Program-made: the position numbers and the translations under genes | Source of the DNA: Malacoraja senta | Lineage: Eukaryota | Length of the DNA: 64,000 nucleotides | Direction: 5' to 3' | NCBI GenBank assembly: GCA_038087875.1 | Contig: CM075991.1 | Coordinates: forward strand, 1,364,001-1,428,000 | Notes under the pieces: model-generated | The model's input: only the letters and a program-made list of their open reading frames with translations | Database searches by the model: none | What the model was told of the DNA's origin: nothing | Shown here: one piece after another, positions 61,401-64,000 of the stretch | Layout of the letters: every line of letters starts with the position of its first letter | Numbering within the stretch: the stretch's first letter is position 1

Positions 61401-64000
61401 TGGACGGGAATATTCATTTTACTCACCAGTACATAAAACATACTCAAGAATAGATTATTTTTTAGTTGACTCCACGTTTATCCCATTTACTTACAACTCA
61501 AAATACCATAATATTATAATCTCAGATCACGCCACCTGTAACATTCATGATTAAATTAAATGGAATGTCCGAGAAACAAACATATTGGAGATTTAACCCA
61601 CAAATTTTGAACGAAACATCATGCCAGGAATATCTTATTAAACAGATTCAAATATTTTTTGAGGTAAATGACAACCCTGACACACCTACTTCTCTTATGT
61701 GGGAAACGTTTAAAGCGTTTGTTCGAGGTGCATTAATTTCTGCCCAAGTATTTTATAATAAAGAGAACAAGATTAAACAACAAACATTGGAAAGGGAAAT
61801 CAAGCAACTAGATATAGAAAATGCGAGAATGCCATTATTTTAAAACATAATAAAATTGCTGTATTGAAATATAAATTAAACAAAATGTATTCAGAACAAG
61901 TAATAAAACTTTATCAAAAAACCAAACAATTACATTTCGAGTTTGGAGACAAACCACAAAAACTATTAGCACGTCAGTTACGAAAAATGGAAGGGGAAAA
62001 AATAATTCATAAAATTAGAACAGATACAGGAGAATTATTAAAAATGCCCAAGGATATAAACGAGAGATTTCTCCAATACTATCATAATCTTTATTCAACT
62101 AAAACTGTAGTACAACCAGAAGGAATAGCAGATTTTTTACTAAAATGTAATTTAAAAGGTTTAGACTCAAACGATAGAGAATTATTAGAAAGGGAGATTA
62201 CGATAAAGGATATAGAAGAGTCTATTGGCTCTTTAAAAAATGGTAAAGCAGTAGGACCAGATGGTTTAGGCTCTGAATTCTATTAAAAAAATTATGACTT
62301 GCTCTCCCCACATTTACAAAGGCTGTATGAGCATATCTATACTCAACAGAAACTTCCAGATACTTTAAATGAATCTATAATAACACTTATTCCTAAAGTT
62401 GATAAAGATCCGGAAGATCCGGGATCATATAGAGCAATTGCACTTTTAAATACAGATCAGAAAATATTAACTAAAATACTAGCGCATAGATTAAGTACAG
62501 TGATGAATAAATTAATACACCCTGACCAAACAGGCTTTATTCAGAAACGGTACTCATATTATAATCTAAGAAGATTATTTAATATTATATATTCTAAGAG
62601 AATTATTAATGAAGATCTAGCAATAATCTCACTTGACGCTGAAAAAGCTTTTGATCAGGTTGAATGGTCCTATTTATTTTCGGTGATGGAAAATATGCAG
62701 CTAGGGGAGAAATTCTGCACATGGATAAAACTGTTATATACAAACCCTACGGCTAGAATATTAACAAACCAAAGGTTGTCATCTAAATTCAGCCTATCTA
62801 GAGGTTGTAGACAAGGATGCCCGTTATCTCAATTATTATTTGCGCTTGCTATTGAGCCACTCGCAGAAAGAGTTAGGGGTCATCCGGAAATACATGGGTA
62901 TAACACAAAGGATACAGTGAATAAAATTTCTCTATACGCAGATGATGTACTAATTTACATTACAAAACCAGAAATTAGTATTCCAAACTTATTAAAGCTA
63001 ATAACCCAATTTGGTTCACTCTCAGGATACAGAATAAATTGGAATAAAAGTGAAATTATGCCAATAAGGGAACACAACAAACAGATAATACAACAATTTC
63101 CATTTAAAATAGTAAACGAAAAATTCAAATACCTAGGCATTTACGTAACTAAGATATATACATCATTATTTAAAGCAAATTTTCCATTACTGAACAAACT
63201 ACATAAGAATATTCAATATTGGAAAACATTTCCTATCTCAATGGTTGGCAAAATTAATGCCATAAAAATGATTTTTTACCACAAATATTATACCTTTTTC
63301 AGACAATTCCGATATATTTGTCAAAAAGCTTTAAAAAAAAATTGGATTCCATTGTTAATGATTTTATCTGGGATTATAAGAATCATAGGATAAACAAAAG
63401 ACATTTGTGTAAATCAAAAATAAATGGAGGCTTGGTTTTACCAAACTTTCTGTTTTATTTTTGGGCAGTTAATATTAAAAATATGAATTTCTGGTTGGAA
63501 GAAATAGATCAACAACCAGATTGGTTAAAAATGGAAAAGGAAGATTGTTTACCTTTTGATATCGGCTCGATATTATTTGCTACGTCTAAATTAAACAAAA
63601 ATATTTATATGGAAAACCCTATAATATTTAGTGGGATACGAATTTGGAAACAATTAAAAAAGACATTAAAATTAGATAACATCACTTTTTCTTCCAATTG
63701 TGAATAACCCTTTGTTTAAACCCTCATGGTTGGACAGGGGTTTTACACAATGGAAGAATTATGGAATTAAAAATATGGGACAACTTTACAAGGAAGGCAC
63801 TTTTCTTACATTTCAGGAGTTGCAACAGACTTATGGACTTCGAGGAAATGATTTTTTCAGATATCTTCAACTCAGAGATTATGTAAAATCGAATACTCAA
63901 AATTTTCGAATTAGAAATTCAGAAATTCTTGATGAATGTTGGAATAAACATCCTAATACAGAAAAATTAATATCTTATATATATAATATTTTATTAGACA
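58440..64000 (+). mobile_element. Second L1 (different subfamily) with intact 5' end, running off the right edge
   Basis: Starts gttccggtggcg. ORF1 is open 58586/58643-59641 (LEGRQRRKNLRIVG, RAHR, LLYPARLRV). ~1.2-kb spacer. ORF2 from 60817 (SWNVKG, LQETHL, GGDFN, YSRIDYF, SDH, RQGCPLS, LYADD) is broken by frameshifts and stops. Confidence 0.95.
60397..60452. repeat. (TA)n/(TG)n microsatellite following a short CR1-tail insertion (60335-60395) in the L1 spacer
   Basis: Visible directly in the sequence; the tail matches 30237-30310. Confidence 0.85.

Overview
Eukaryotic, transposon-dense genomic DNA. The repeat landscape (HE1/V-SINEs, HER1-like CR1 LINEs, abundant palindromic Penelope-derived repeats) points to a cartilaginous fish, probably a skate or ray; this is an inference. 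There are two host genes, both on the minus strand. (1) NCAPH (condensin I kleisin, CAP-H/Barren): I traced a non-coding exon 1, a CpG-island CDE/CHR promoter at ~32.6 kb, and 11 coding exons (2-12; 1509 nt = 503 codons, all phases consistent, one GC-AG intron). The gene continues off the left edge. (2) A single-coding-exon ITPRIP/ITPRIPL1-family Mab-21/cGAS-like gene at 55357-56973, in the same order and orientation relative to NCAPH as human ITPRIPL1-NCAPH. Almost all the rest is mobile DNA: two L1 elements with intact 5' ends, CR1, L2, Crack-like, Rex1, a degraded HERO/R2-superfamily LINE, Penelope-like (GIY-YIG) fragments, non-autonomous Helitrons, a hAT MITE, Harbinger pieces and tRNA-derived SINEs. 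The most notable observations are these: (a) about 10 copies of a minimal hammerhead-ribozyme motif in short TSD-flanked Penelope-derived units, one of which ends 1 nt from the predicted cleavage site and one of which has captured an inverted copy of neighbouring DNA; (b) each gene has an L1 sitting head-to-head ~1.5 kb upstream, carrying a consensus antisense splice donor; (c) a 1.8-kb inverted CR1 pair brackets NCAPH exons 6-11, making a circRNA candidate. No database searches or alignments were run. Family calls rest on motif recognition, and none of these observations is shown to be new.
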